64,000 bases of DNA. Origin: Octopus sinensis (lineage: Eukaryota). Numbering within the stretch: the stretch's first letter is position 1; the number at the start of each line of letters is the position of its first letter. Shown one piece after another: positions 25,640 to 38,532 of the stretch. The notes beneath the pieces were generated by a model. That model saw only the letters and a program-made list of their open reading frames with translations. It searched no databases and was not told the origin of the DNA. The position numbers were made by a program, and so were the translations under genes. The DNA lies in NCBI RefSeq assembly GCF_006345805.1, contig NC_043003.1, positions 6,634,001 to 6,698,000 of the forward strand. The letters run 5' to 3'.

Positions 25640-26055
25640 TGGCGTGGTTGCGGTGGCGGTGGTGGCGGTGGTGGTGGTGGTGGTGGTTGTTGTGGTAGTG
25701 GTGATGGTGGTGGTGTGGTGGTGTGGTGGTGGTGGTGGTTGGTGGTGGTGGTGGTGGTGGTGGTGGTGGTGGTGGTGGTGGTGGCGGCGGTGGTGGTGTG
25801 TGGTGTGGTGGTGTGGTGGTGGTGGTGGTGGTGGTGGTGGTGGTGGTGTGGTGGTGGTGGTGGGTGGTGTGGTGGTGGTGGTGGTGGTGTGGTGGCGGCG
25901 GTGGTGGTGGTGGTGGTGGTGGTGGTGGGGTGGTGGTGGTGGTGGTGGTGGTGGTGGTGGTGGTGGTGGTGGTGGTGGTGGTGGTGGTGGTGGTGGTGGT
26001 GGTGGTGGTGGTGGTGGTGGTGGTGGTGGTGATGGTGGTGGCGGCGGCGGCGGCA
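25640..26055. repeat. (GGT)n trinucleotide array
   Basis: Directly visible. Confidence 0.97.
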
Positions 26056-26294
26056 GGCAAGAAGCATTTAATCACTTCTCAACTATTGAGTTACTTAAGA
26101 GTTTTGTTTGTGTTCTGAATGTGTGTGTGTGTGTATGCATACATAAATACACATATATATATGCACACATATGTGTGTGTGTGCGTGCGTGCGTGTGTGT
26201 GTGTGTGTGTTTACATACATAAATACACATATATATATGCACACATATGTGTCAGTGTGCGTGCGTGTGTGTGTGTGCGTGTGTGTGTGTAGAA

Positions 26295-26328
<34 letters not shown>

Positions 26329-26349
26329 TGTGTGTGTGTGTGTGTAGAA

Positions 26350-26388
<39 letters not shown>

Positions 26389-26747
26389 CGTGTGTGTGTG
26401 TAGAAATATATATATATATATATGTGTGTGGTGTGTGTGTGTGTGTAGAAATATATATATATATACATATATAATACAAATAAGAAAATGGGGAAACAAA
26501 TATAGTTTGTTCATCAACTTACGGATATTATAATGTTGGAATATTTATTCATTTTACAAATGAGGACATCAAAAGCATACAAAATATTATATAAATCAAT
26601 AGATAAGATAATAATACAAATACAGGTTTTAAAAACGTCATATTATAAATTAATGGAATCCTAAAAATAATTTCTTACAGCTGTTTCAGTATATTGGATA
26701 AATGATATCCCATAGTGGGTTACACCCATAACCTCCTATCTTACCTT

Positions 26748-26796
<49 letters not shown>

Positions 26797-27394
26797 GTGT
26801 GTGTGTGATCGATATATATATATTCTTTAAGAATATATGTGTGTGTGTATAGCATGTATGTATTTATGTCTGATGTTTTGCTCCAGTATGATCTCAGCTG
26901 TAATAGCTAAAAACAAACTGATGGATATGTGTTTGTTGTCATTGTTGTTGTTGTTGTTGCTGTTGTTGCTGCTTCATCACATGTAAACAAAAATCAGTTA
27001 CACCACCACCACAACAACGACGATGACGACGACGCCTCCAGAATTTCGTGAGCGAGCAAATAAACAACGGGGATTTGACGATAAAGATGAAAAAACAAAT
27101 CGGACACCCAACGTGATGGAGGTGGAGCTTGGCAGATATGCAGCAACAGCATTTCTCATTGAGGCAGACTCATATATCTGCACGACACACAGACGAAAAT
27201 ATCCACGCAACAACGATGTTGTTTGGAATGAAAGCGAATAAAAATTAACCTCTTTTAGTGAGTCCTTTAATATGACCCTCCCTACTGCTGAGAAAACTGG
27301 ATTGTCCATCTATTTTCACAAGATAAAAGACCTTTCTCATTTCCTTCCTCCAGTGCACATAGCTATACTCGGAATAGGTTGCAGAAATAAACGT

Positions 27395-27651
27395 AACGTG
27401 TCCTTTATACAAATCTACAATTTTTCAGTTAGAGGGCTTGCACTTTCTATGTTTATTCAAAACTGTCCAAGGGTGGTCGTGCACATCTTTACATTTTCCC
27501 AGTCACCCTGCAAAGCCATTAAAAAATCAATAGAAGTGACTTTTTTGTGAATTTTCTATCCAAAACCCAATCAAAATGCCCGAAACTTGATACGCCAATT
27601 GAATGCCAGCTAGCTGTATGTGATTGGTCGGAGATTTGGACAGTACTCGCG
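27395..27651 (+). mobile_element. Internal segment of the Helitron family at 31921-32306, lacking its termini
   Basis: Reverse-complement match over ~250 bp to ~31997-32250. Confidence 0.75.
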
Positions 27652-27739
27652 AGTTTACACCTTATCAATGACGTCATATGAATAAATTAACGAAACTCCA
27701 CGGTGACACTCCCCACTAAGTTCTTGAAGGCCACTAATT

Positions 27740-29700
27740 CAACGATATCGAGACACTAGACAGACACGTGACAGCCATCGATGAACATTTCCTGGACGCA
27801 TGCATTCGTCCCTATCTTTAGTCGGCTCTGATCGGATGTAGTAGCAGAGTTGTATCAGAAAGACTAAGGTCTCAAAGTGCAAACGATTTTCTGGACCTAA
27901 ACAGTAAGATTTCAGATTTGTGATAGCCTACCACCCGACTGGAGCAATGCAAATAACGCCCCGCTTATTTGCATGAGTAGGAAATTTGAATGATATTTTA
28001 CATACACGCAAGGCTCGTGTGGGATGAGCCTTTAAAGGAAGCGATACAAATGTCGCGCAGACCTGCTCGGATATTTCCACTGTTTCGCAGGTACTCACTA
28101 GATTTCTCGAATGTACCAATGTTGATTTGGAGCAATTGTCCAGGGCCATACATATCATATCTAGATTATTTGCTAAGTCAGTGGATAGGAAGAGGGATAA
28201 CTGGTTGGTTATACAGGTCAAAAATGTGTGATCTGCATGGTTGGCGCGAGGCACAGACAGGGACGTGGCTACTTAAAGCTGAGAAAGTCTTTCCAACAAT
28301 GACCAGGTGTGTGAATAAGTTAAACGAATATTATTGTCGACAAGCGGTGGTGGGACACTCTGAAAAGAGTAGTTAAAGTAGATTCTATAACATTTAGTAA
28401 GGAAGCAGGGACAAGCAAAAATATATTAGAGAGATCTGAGAAGTAAATTAGAAGAAGAGGTTACAGAAGGCGTCATGACCGATATGCTAGCGGTGAGAAT
28501 AGCCTTCGGCCGTTTCTTCGACACAAGCGTATGCTCTTAGAGATAAAGAAATGAAAGCCATTCGATGATCCGAAGCAACAGAGTCGCAACGTGGCAGTAA
28601 AACCCCAATTCGGTCTTTGACAGACAATGAAGGTCACGTGCTACACAATTCTAAACAACAGGGTGTGGCTTCATTGTGGTACTTTGTTCAAGTGTTCAAG
28701 AAAAGCGATTGTGATGGACCAGAGACGTACTTTAATGCTTTGCGTGACTTCTTGTGACGGCTCTCGACAGAAGACTCTAAGTTCTGCAAAAAGTCAATAA
28801 GAACAGCTAAGATCTGACTGTTTATACGATTCGCAAATCACCAGATTTGGATTGTCGAACCTACGACTTTACTGAGATATACCAAGCATATTCAGCATAT
28901 TCAGCCGGTCTTGACAAACGTTAATTACAAATAACAGCAGGTAATGTGAGTTGGGAAATGGTAGCGATGTAAAGGAAAGACTTGGGCGAGGAGGACGTTA
29001 TTATCATTTTCAGATCCATAACTCTACAGGATGCAAATTTTGGCCAAGCTGTTAGTGAAGAGATTGGCAATCGTCGTTGATAGTATGGCTGGCCAAGAGT
29101 GCTTATTCCTCAGCAATTTCGGGTAGATGTTTGTTGGCATCCTTTTTGTCTCGGGAGACAATGGAGTTGCGCATAAAGTAGTCTAGTCGGCTTTTACATT
29201 TCATGTCCTGATACATTTCCTGCTGTGGCTGTGTAGTCCTTATCCTGGACAAACACTCCCTCTGGCAGGTCGTGACAATATTCACTTCATTTTATACATC
29301 GCACAGAATGTAGGTAACAAAGCTGGTTTCAATTTGATCATTTTGGGTCAGTCGAAAGCTTTTGTTAGTGTTAAGCATCGCTACTTGACGCATCGGGCCT
29401 ATGTTCAACTGGTTATATACTTGTCTATTTAGAATCACTCACTCGGTCCGTCAAATAGATTTTCTCTCATCTGTTCTGAATGTACTGATTCTCAATGGGT
29501 TATGGTTATCCCATTCGTACTGAGACGAGTGGGGAGACATATAGATTTATGTGAACGACATCATGGTAATGGTGGACAAGGTCGATAGGGTGAGGGTCAT
29601 AACTGAAGGCACACAAGTTGGTAACAATATCAAAAATAAAGCCAGACCATTCAGTGACCGTGCAGCTCGACTCTTTCGCAAGCAACTCCATGCCGCTGGT
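27740..29700 (-). mobile_element. Heavily degenerate LINE (APE endonuclease to early RT), probably RTE clade
   Basis: Remnant motifs HDVVHINLYVSP, NIVTTCQRECLS and AGLRDICIASFKG; a second copy of part of it lies at 7700-7902. Confidence 0.45.
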
Positions 29701-30159
29701 CATTGTTGTGGGACAGCAAGATAGGCAGTCCAGTTAAATTATTTGAGGCCTAATTAAGGCCGGATCTTCAAGTAGGTAGAAAGGGGAACAAACGAGGCCA
29801 GTTTCACTGGGAAATATACTGGAAGGAAGGTATCCCTAAAAAGTCGACCAGACGAGGCGAACTTCTGTTTTGCTCCAGTTTTTGTCGGATGAAATTGGAG
29901 CGACGTTTTTTTCTTGCTTGTTCTGGTCAAGCAATCCATCAATCCGGCGCGCTCTACGTGGTTGATGATTTACAGATACGCGATAAGGTTTTGGTGTCTA
30001 CAGAGATTCTTAGACGGGAATCAAATGGCAAGCCGTTTTCAGGCTCGTTTTCCCAACAGCTCGTCCAGTTGACGGAGTTATAATCTTTGGTCAAATGAAG
30101 ACCAAACCTAGAAACCCATCAACTGAGATGTAGCTTCTGGAAGTCATACGTTACCATTC

Positions 30160-30600
30160 TATTGAATGCTAATAGCAGAGAAAACAGATAACGGAGAAAT
30201 TCCGGACGTTGATGAGGCCAGTTTGATCAATTTTACATATTTAATACATCCTAAAGATAAAATAGAAACAAAAGATAATGGTCCGAAGGAAATCATCTCC
30301 AAAACAAACAATATATTCTCCTTCTGCAGAGAGCTATGCACGTCAACTGCTACGAAGTCAGTCAATAACTTCCAGTGCAATAGTAAACATGTAATAGGTC
30401 TATGATTACTGACTTCCTCTCTCTTTTCTTTGTCCTTCTGTATCAGCATTGTTTTTGTCAGCCATGTTGATGTTCCATTTTCTATACAGTTAATATGAAA
30501 CGGTTGTATATGGTTGTGCATACGTTTCAGGCTATTGAGCCATAATCACTGATTTGTTCTCTGTTGCTGTCTTTTCATTTTACCTGACACTGCTTGGATT
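30160..30600 (-). mobile_element. RLE LINE RT N-terminal fragment
   Basis: WLT.KTMLIQKDKEK.EEVSNHRPITCLLLHWKLLT (YRPI-type motif). Confidence 0.7.
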
Positions 30601-30637
30601 TTTCTTTTTTTTCTTGCCTTCTTTACCTGTAGTACAT

Positions 30638-30854
30638 TACTCTTTACTCTTTTACTCTTTTACTTGTTTCAGTCATTTGACTGCAGCCATGCTGCAGCAC
30701 CGCCTTTAGTCGAGCAAATCGACCCCGGGACTTATTCTTTGTAAACCCAGTACTTATTCTATCGGTCTTTTTGCCGAACCGCTAAGTGACAGGGACGTAA
30801 ACACACCAGCATTGGTTGTCAAGCAATGCTAGGGGGACAAACACAGACACACAA

Positions 30855-30890
<36 letters not shown>

Positions 30891-31105
30891 TATATATAAT
30901 ATATATATATATATTATATATATATATATATACACATATATACGACAGGCTTCTTTCAGTTTCCGCCTACCAAATCCACTCACAAGGCATTGGTCGGCCC
31001 GGGGCTATAGCAGAAGACACTTGCCCAAGATGCCACGCAGTGGGTCTGAACCCGGAACCATGTGGTTGGTTAGCAAGCTACATACCACACAGCCACTCCT
31101 GCGTC
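30638..31105 (-). mobile_element. SINE family A
   Basis: Full length; head-to-head with the next copy. Confidence 0.9.
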
Positions 31106-31352
31106 TTTGTGTCTAACTTTATACTTTTTTGCTGTTCGTTCCTGTTTTTCCCTTACCATCTTATTTTTCTACGGCTGCATTTATCCTTCTAAGTTCTCTA
31201 TTGAACTGTTCCGCTTGCAGCTCGGGTTTTCTTTCTCACCACAAAACATTCTCCCAAAATTTCCACAGCAATCGACAGTCTCGATAAGAGGTTGTTTAGG
31301 TCTGTTATATTTTCAACACAGGATTTTCATTAACAGTTTATTTTTATAATTA

Positions 31353-31515
31353 TAGGCGTAGGAGTAGCTGTGTGGCAAGTAGCTTGCTTACGAACCACAT
31401 AGTTCCAGGTTCAGTCCCACTACGTGGCACCTTGGGCAAGTGTCTTCTACTATAGCCACGGGCCGACCAAAGCCTTGTGAGTAGATTTGGTAGACGGAAA
31501 CTGAAACAATCCCGT

Positions 31516-31572
<57 letters not shown>

Positions 31573-31793
31573 GTATGTGTGTGTATATGTTTGTGTGTCT
31601 GTGTTTGTCCCCCCAACATCGCTTGACAACCGATGCTGGTGTGTCCCCGAAACTAAGCAGTTCGGCAAAAGAGACCGATAGAATAAGCACTAGGTTTACA
31701 GAGAATAAATCCTGGGGTCAATTTGCTCGACTAAAGGCGGTACTCTAGCATGGCCACAGTCAAATGACTGAAGCAAGTAAAAGAGTAAAAGAG
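31353..31793 (+). mobile_element. SINE family A
   Basis: Full length. Confidence 0.9.
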
Positions 31794-31920
31794 TTCGACT
31801 CTCTTCTTCACAACTTGCTCTTTCCTCTTTCGCTTCTTCTCAAGACAGCCAGTCTCTTTCTTTCACTCGTTCGTATCTCATTTAGGCGTGATTTCCTCTT
31901 CTGTAACATTATAATTATTA

Positions 31921-32306
31921 CTAGCACTATGACCCGGCGTTGCCGGGTCATAGTGCTAGTGCATGCATATACAACTGCGTGCGTGCGCACATACACGCGA
32001 GTACTGTCCAAATCTCCGACCAATCACATACAGCTAGCTGGCATTCAATTGGCGTATCAAGTTTCGGGCATTTTGATTGGGTTTTGGATAGAAAATTCAC
32101 AAAAAAGTCGCTTCTATTGATTTTTTAATGGCTTTGTTGGGTGACTGGGGAAATGTAAAGATGTGCACGACCACCCTTGGACGGTTTTTGAATGACCATT
32201 GAAAGTGCGAGCCCTCTAACTGAAAAATTGTAGATTTGTATAAAGGACATACACATACACACACACACACACACAGACATTTTGCCGTTTATATATTACT
32301 GAGAGA
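31921..32306 (-). mobile_element. Non-autonomous Helitron, 386 bp
   Basis: The minus strand begins 5'-TC, ends CTAG-3' after a hairpin, sits between host A and T, and has no TSD. Confidence 0.75.
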
Positions 32307-32334
32307 TTACTGTTGTTGTTGTTGCTGCTGTTGC

Positions 32335-32367
<33 letters not shown>

Positions 32368-32527
32368 ATTCAGTATAAATACAAGATCGTATTATTTTAA
32401 AAGCGTAAAACAAAAGGGCAGACCGTGATTTGGGGGAAAATTCCATGTGAGGGGACCTCTAAACGCTCCTGTAATTGTCGTTGGAGCCCACATTTCACCA
32501 AAGAGCACACATTTAATGAAATAACCG

Positions 32528-32712
32528 CCACTGCCGCCACCACTCACCTGCCCCCCCCCCCCCCAACACCGCCACCATTGCCAATACAGTTAGCACCACC
32601 ACCACCGCCACCACCGCCACCACCACCACCGCCACCACCGCCACCACCACCACCGCCACCACCACCACCACCACCACTTCCACCACTCACCCGTCCCCAT
32701 CCACCATACACT
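32528..32712. repeat. (CCA/CCG)n array
   Basis: Directly visible. Confidence 0.92.
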
Positions 32713-33189
32713 ATTATCAAACAACAATGGTCGCCCTCTTTTCATTAATATTACTAATTAATATACAATTACAATTATAGACTTTCATCATTACATTGTA
32801 TTGTTCTCTCAGCTGAAGGATTTTCATTCATTCATTCTTTCATTCGTTCGTTCCTTCTGTCACTGAACTCTTATTCACTTCCTTTCATTCTTCATTTTTT
32901 CCTTCTCATTTCAGCCTTTCTTTATTCCATATTTCCTTTTACTCAATCATTCTCACTGCCACCTTGTCTATATCTAATCTCTACCTCCACCCTCTCCCAC
33001 TGCCTCTCTCCTCCTCCATCTCCCTCTTCCTCTCTCCACCCTCACAGTCTCTCTCTCTCTCTCTCGAAAACAGCTTATAATCTGCTTGGCTTCCATTGTA
33101 ATTGTATGTCTACAGTTCCATTGTGAAAGACAAGGAGTGGACATGACCGGATTACACAGCACAACACACACACACACACACGCGCGCAT

Positions 33190-33259
<70 letters not shown>

Positions 33260-33466
33260 GTGTGTGTGACAAAGAGCCGCTCCGTAAACCCGTGAAGTGG
33301 CTTACAAGATATGAACTAAAAACTTTGTCGTCGAGAATTGATATTTATATTTTTGCCAGTGACGGGTATTTTCAAATATCTTTTCATAGGTGCGTGTGTG
33401 TGAATGTGTGTGTGTGTGAATGTGTATATGTGTGTGTTTGTGAATGTGTGTGTGTGTGAATGTGTG

Positions 33467-33872
33467 TAGGAGTGACTGTGTGGTAAGTAGCTTGCTAACC
33501 AACCACATGGTTCGGGTTCAGTCCCACTGCGAGGCATCTTGGGCAAGTGTCTTCTGCTATAGCCCCGGGCCGACCAATGCCTTGTGAGTGGATTTGGTGG
33601 ACGGAAACTGAAAGAAGCCTGTCGTATATATGTATATATATATATAAGTGTGTGTGTATATATTTGTGTGTCTGTGTTTGTCCCCCTAGCATTGCTTGAC
33701 AACCGATGCTGGTGTGTTTACGTCCTCGTAACTTAGCGGTTCGGCAAAAGAGACCGATAGAATAAGTACTGGGCTTACAAAGAATAAGTCCCGGGGTCGA
33801 TTTGCTCGACTAGAGGCGGTGCTCCAGCATGGCCGCAGTCAAATGACTGAAACAAGTAAAAGAGTAAAAGAG
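33467..33872 (+). mobile_element. SINE family A
   Basis: Full length. Confidence 0.9.
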
Positions 33873-33886
33873 TGTGAATGTGTGTG

Positions 33887-33955
<69 letters not shown>

Positions 33956-34384
33956 ATTTATGGAAGAAGTTTGCGCATTTTACGTTTAGTGTGTATTTTG
34001 TCCGTAAGCGCTTTCATTTCTCAACTTTTCTTACACACGCGTTCCTGGCTTATTGCATAAAGAGGAAACAGTTTTTCTTTGTAATGGTGTGATTTTGAAT
34101 TTAGAATACAGAATTCGTATAAAGTACTTTTCTTTTCACTTTCGTAGTTGGTCATTTTCATTTTTATTTTGTAAAAGCAAAATATTAAAAAAAATTTTTT
34201 TCATTTCCACAAATGCCTTGATGTTTAGTACAGGTTGAATCTAAAGAGACGAATCTTTAATTTGCTCTGTAGGCATATTTATATGACTGGTTTGTTTAGT
34301 TCTTGTTTCTCCAATGTAATTCTCCTTCCATTGTGGTCACACAAGGTTGTAGATGAGATTATTTGTTTTGCAATTTATGTTTGT

Positions 34385-34693
34385 GAAGGCACATGGCCCA
34401 GTGGTTAGAGCAGCGGACTCGCGGTCGAGGGATCGCGGGTTCGAATCTCAGACCGGGTGATGTGTGTGTTTATGAGCGAAACACCTAAGCTCCATGCGGC
34501 TCCGGCAGAAGGTAATGGCAAAACTTCTGCTGACTCTTTCGCCACAACTTTCTCTCACTCTTTCCTCCTGCATCTTGCAGCTCACCTGCGACGGACCTGC
34601 GTCCCGTCCAGGTGGGGAACCTATACGCCAAGAAGCCGGGAAACCGGCCCTTATGAGGCAGGCATGGCTCGAGAAGGAACAAACAACAACCAT
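34385..34693 (+). mobile_element. SINE family C head/core with tail type 2
   Basis: Head ATGGCCCAGTGGTTAGAGCAGCGGACTCGCGG and core GAGCGAAACACCTAAGCTCCA.G.GGCTCCGGCAG, then a 3' half that differs from the other C copies and ends in (ACA)n. Confidence 0.8.
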
Positions 34694-35251
34694 TTATGTT
34701 TGCATTCCCTTTCAATTCCTTCCCATTCTTCAATCATTTCGTTGTTCCTTGTTCGATTATTTCTCACATTCCACAACGAGGGTCTCCACAGTTTGCTCCT
34801 TCTATTATTTCTTTCCCCGATTCGAATCTCGCCTTTGAAGTCTTTTGAGATTTGAAGATTATGTTTAGCTGTTGATGATACATGCTTTTTGAATTAATTG
34901 TTGGAGATTTGATGACTGGTGTAGAATTGGGAGGTATCGTTTGGCAGAATGTAGGTTCCTAGTAACCAGAACATCCTATAGTCAAACGATACCTCCCAAT
35001 TCAACATCAATCATCAAAACTCCGACAATTAATCACAAATCATCAACAACCGAAGATAACCATTTATTGTGTGGAAACGTATTTCTATATTTTCATTTTC
35101 ATACAAACACATACATAGAATAGGATGATGTGTTTTCATTCAAACTCATACATATGTATGAAAATACATAATCCTGGTGTTAAAAAATTATATTTGTTTT
35201 AATTAAACCAAAAAATATACATGCGCGCGCGCGTGTATATATATACACACA

Positions 35252-36475
35252 CAAAGGATGCGTAAGATATTTGAGGACAGATTTATGTTTATAAAAAAAA
35301 CATATAATAACAGATAATAACTTTATTTATCAAAAAATGCTACAGGATAGAAATAAACCTTCTTTTCTATAATATTATTCAGTAAAGCCACCTTCAGCAT
35401 CAGCAACAGCTTCTATATGTGATCTAAATCAGCTGCATACTCGAATCAAGTGGTCCTGGTTCATTTTGGACATTACTCTGACAATAGCAGCTTTCAAAGA
35501 ATCTTTGGTATTTTGGGCTTGTTCGGTGACCTCTCTCTCAACAACGCTCCACATCTAATAGTCCAATGAATTGAGATCTGGGGAATTAGGAGGCCGAATA
35601 TTAAGCGTTATGTGATCATGAAAGTTTTCAGCCATCCATTCCTGTGTTAATAGAGCCATGTGTGATAGTCTTACTGAAACACATATGGCCTTCCATTGCA
35701 TACACTGTCTATCCAGGGCTTAACAATTATTTCCAGGATTTCAATGTAGGCCTTATGGAAAGAAATAAGGAGGCATCACATGTCTTTCATTGATGACAAC
35801 CCCTAAAACCGTGATAGTTGCAGGAAATTTCGTATGCACAACACTTGGAACTTCAGAAGGGTTTGCACATAATCACCTGTCATTTCTTCTGATCTTGGCC
35901 AAAGTTTTTCTCATTTGAGAAAAACCAAATCAAATCTTCTTCTGCTGGATTTTTCAGTTTGTTTAAGATTCTTTTAGATCTGACGTAGTGATTTTCTTTT
36001 GCTTTTTCTGACAAATTGACCTTTCCTCATCGTATAAGACTTATATCTGATGTCTTTCTAGACAACATTTCTGACTGTTCCTTCTGAAATATGGAGATCT
36101 TTTACAATTGACCTCATGGAATTTCTGGGATTGTAATCAATGATCTGTTGAACTTGCTGGATAAATTCAGGTGTTCTGATGATTTCAGAACGTTTAGAAT
36201 GCTTTTTATGCTTTGATACTGGTGATACGTTTCCATCTTCAGTCTCTAGCTCCTTACAAACTTTGTTGACGAAAGATCTGACAACTTTTAAAATCCAGAT
36301 ATTTCTAAATCGCTATACTCAGCCTTTATAACCACAATAACAGCATGTCTCTTCATTTCTTGAATAAGCTGAGGGTCTGCCCTTATTATTTTCTGAAACA
36401 AAGATTATACAGAGTGAGCAAAAGATGCAGCAATGACCCAAAAAAGGTATGTCCTCAAATACCTTACGCACCCTG
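35252..36475 (-). mobile_element. DD37D/maT-type Tc1/mariner transposon, full length but pseudogenised
   Basis: Imperfect ~29-bp TIRs (CAGGGTGCGTAAGGTATTTGAGGACA) and TA at the right flank. Transposase remnants ...RSEIIRTPEFIQQVQ...FFSNEKNF...WPPNSPDLNSLDY with stops. Confidence 0.85.
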
Positions 36476-36747
36476 TATATATTGATGTATTTCGGGATGG
36501 TAATTTTTTTTTTTTTTGCCAAATAAAGGCACGCATTATATATTTGTTCTTCACTCGTTTATTTCTGTTCCCTTGTCAATTTCCCAGAAATCTTTTGTCA
36601 CACATCTGTGACCTCTTCAGCGACACTTTTAGTCTTCGTGTGTACTCTTGCTCTACTTATTTCATTCTGTTCTCCTATAATGCGTATCCTTATTTGCACA
36701 TGCGTTTGAGCCCGTGTGTGTATGTGTGTGTGTGTGTGTGTGTGTGC

Positions 36748-36799
<52 letters not shown>

Positions 36800-37084
36800 C
36801 ATTGTTCTTAGTAGGAGCATGACCTTCCCCTCAGCCCCATCCTTTCTTCCCGTTGTCTCTACTGCTGTCCTAAGACCCGAACATTTTGTACAGTTCATGT
36901 ATCTCACTGTGTTTGTGCGTTCGTCTACGGTGCTGCCATCGTGGCAGTTGTTGCTGTTGTTATTGCCATCATTGTCACCGCCGCCGCCGCTGCTGCTGTC
37001 GTTGTTAGTCCTGTTGTTGATGCTGTTGTGGCCGTCTGTGAAGTTACTGTTTGTGTTATTGTATGTTGTTTTTATATTGTATCC

Positions 37085-38373
37085 ATCAGTTGTGTTGCTG
37101 ACGACCCATCTTTCATGCCGAGGATCACCACCGGTGACGAGGGTTGGATGTATGGGTACGACCTTGAGACGAAGCAGCAGTCGTCACGATGGAAGAGCCC
37201 TTCATTTCCATGACCGAAGAAGGCACGATAGAGCCGCAGCTCATAATTGTTTTCGACATTGGCGGTATTGAGCAGAAATGGCGAGCTGGCAGAATCGTTA
37301 ACACGCCGGGCAAAATGCTTAGCGTTATTTCGTCTGCCGCTACGTTCTGAGTTCAAATTCCGCCGAAGTCGACTTTGCCTTTCATCCTTTCGCGGTCGAT
37401 AAATTAAGTACCAGTTACGCATTGGGGGGTCGATGTAATCGACTTAATCCCTTTGTCTGTCCTTGTTTGTCCTCTCTGTGTTTAGCCCCTTGTGGATAGT
37501 AAAGAAATAGGTATTTCGTCTACCGCTACGTTCTGAGGTCCAATTCCGCCGAGGTCGACTTTGCCTTTCATCCTTTCGGGGTCGATTAAATAAGTACCAG
37601 TTACGCACTGGGGTCGATATAATCGACTTAATCCCTTTGTCCTTGTTTGTCCTCTCTGAGTTTAGCCCCTTGTGGATAGTAAAGAAATAGGCATTTCGTC
37701 TGCCGCTACGTTCTGAGTTCAAATTCCGTAGAGGTCGACTTTGCCTTTCATCCTTTCGGGGTCGATTAAATAAGTACCAGTTACGCACTGGGGTCGATGT
37801 AATCGACTTAATCCGTTTGTCTGTCCTTGTTTGTCATCTCTGTGTTTAGCCCCTTGTGGGTAGTAAAGAAAAGGTATTGAGCACCGGGAATTGGACTCCC
37901 AATGCCAGGCCGTCAATCGAGAATTCTACTGCGACGTTTTGAAACGTTCGAGGGAGAACTTTCTGTGAAAGCGAGCGGAGTGCGAAGAATTGGATTTTTC
38001 ACGTCGACGAGGCTCCCTGACACCAAGTTTACCTTACTCGTGAGTTTCTTGTCAAAAACAACAAGGTATCGCTTCCGCGCCCGCCCTATTCACAAGAGTT
38101 ACTACATGCAGACTTACATCTCTTCCCCAAGTTGAAGATGCAGTCCAACGGTCGGTTTTAACACGGTTGTCGAGATCCAGAGTCATTCGTAGAAGGTCCT
38201 CGACTCGCTTACGGAAAATGACATCCAGGCCGGATTCCAAAAGGGACAGGAATACTGGGACTGGTGTAGTGCTGCGCAAGGTGACTATTTCAAAGAAGAC
38301 GATGTTAAAACTTAGGTAAGTTTTTTTCTTATTAAACATAACTTGTTCGGTACATTTTTGATACCACCACGTG
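37085..38373 (+). mobile_element. Mariner (DD34D) transposon, 5'-truncated and degenerate, interrupted by a SINE B trimer
   Basis: ITTGDEGWMYGYDLETKQQSSRWKSP and REFLVKNNKVSLPRPPYSQEL..DLHLFPKLK; the 3' TIR ends at 38373 followed by TA. Confidence 0.82.
37275..37872 (+). mobile_element. SINE family B, head plus three tandem units, 11-bp TSD
   Basis: TSD GGTATTGAGCA at 37264-37274 and 37873-37883. Confidence 0.9.
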
Positions 38374-38399
38374 TATACACACACATACACGCATGTGTG

Positions 38400-38481
<82 letters not shown>

Positions 38482-38532
38482 TATATATATACATAGTTGA
38501 AAAGGGGTTAAGAATCCATACAAATACATACA

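Noticed and set aside
25561-26222. Poly-Gly/His/Pro/Thr ORFs (also 32425-32748 and 63584-63950) resembling cephalopod structural proteins
   Set aside because: They are pure or degenerate (GGT)n arrays open in most frames, with no signal peptide, modular Tyr/His repeat pattern or splice sites.
26676-26687. Hammerhead half-site GAAACAGCTGTA on the minus strand
   Set aside because: No CUGANGA upstream; the 5' half is lost at a (TA)n tract, so it is at most a remnant.
37275-37872. Regularly spaced repeats resembling a CRISPR array
   Set aside because: The whole ~180-bp unit is repeated with no unique spacers, it has a tRNA-like head and a TSD, and no cas genes are present; it is a SINE multimer.
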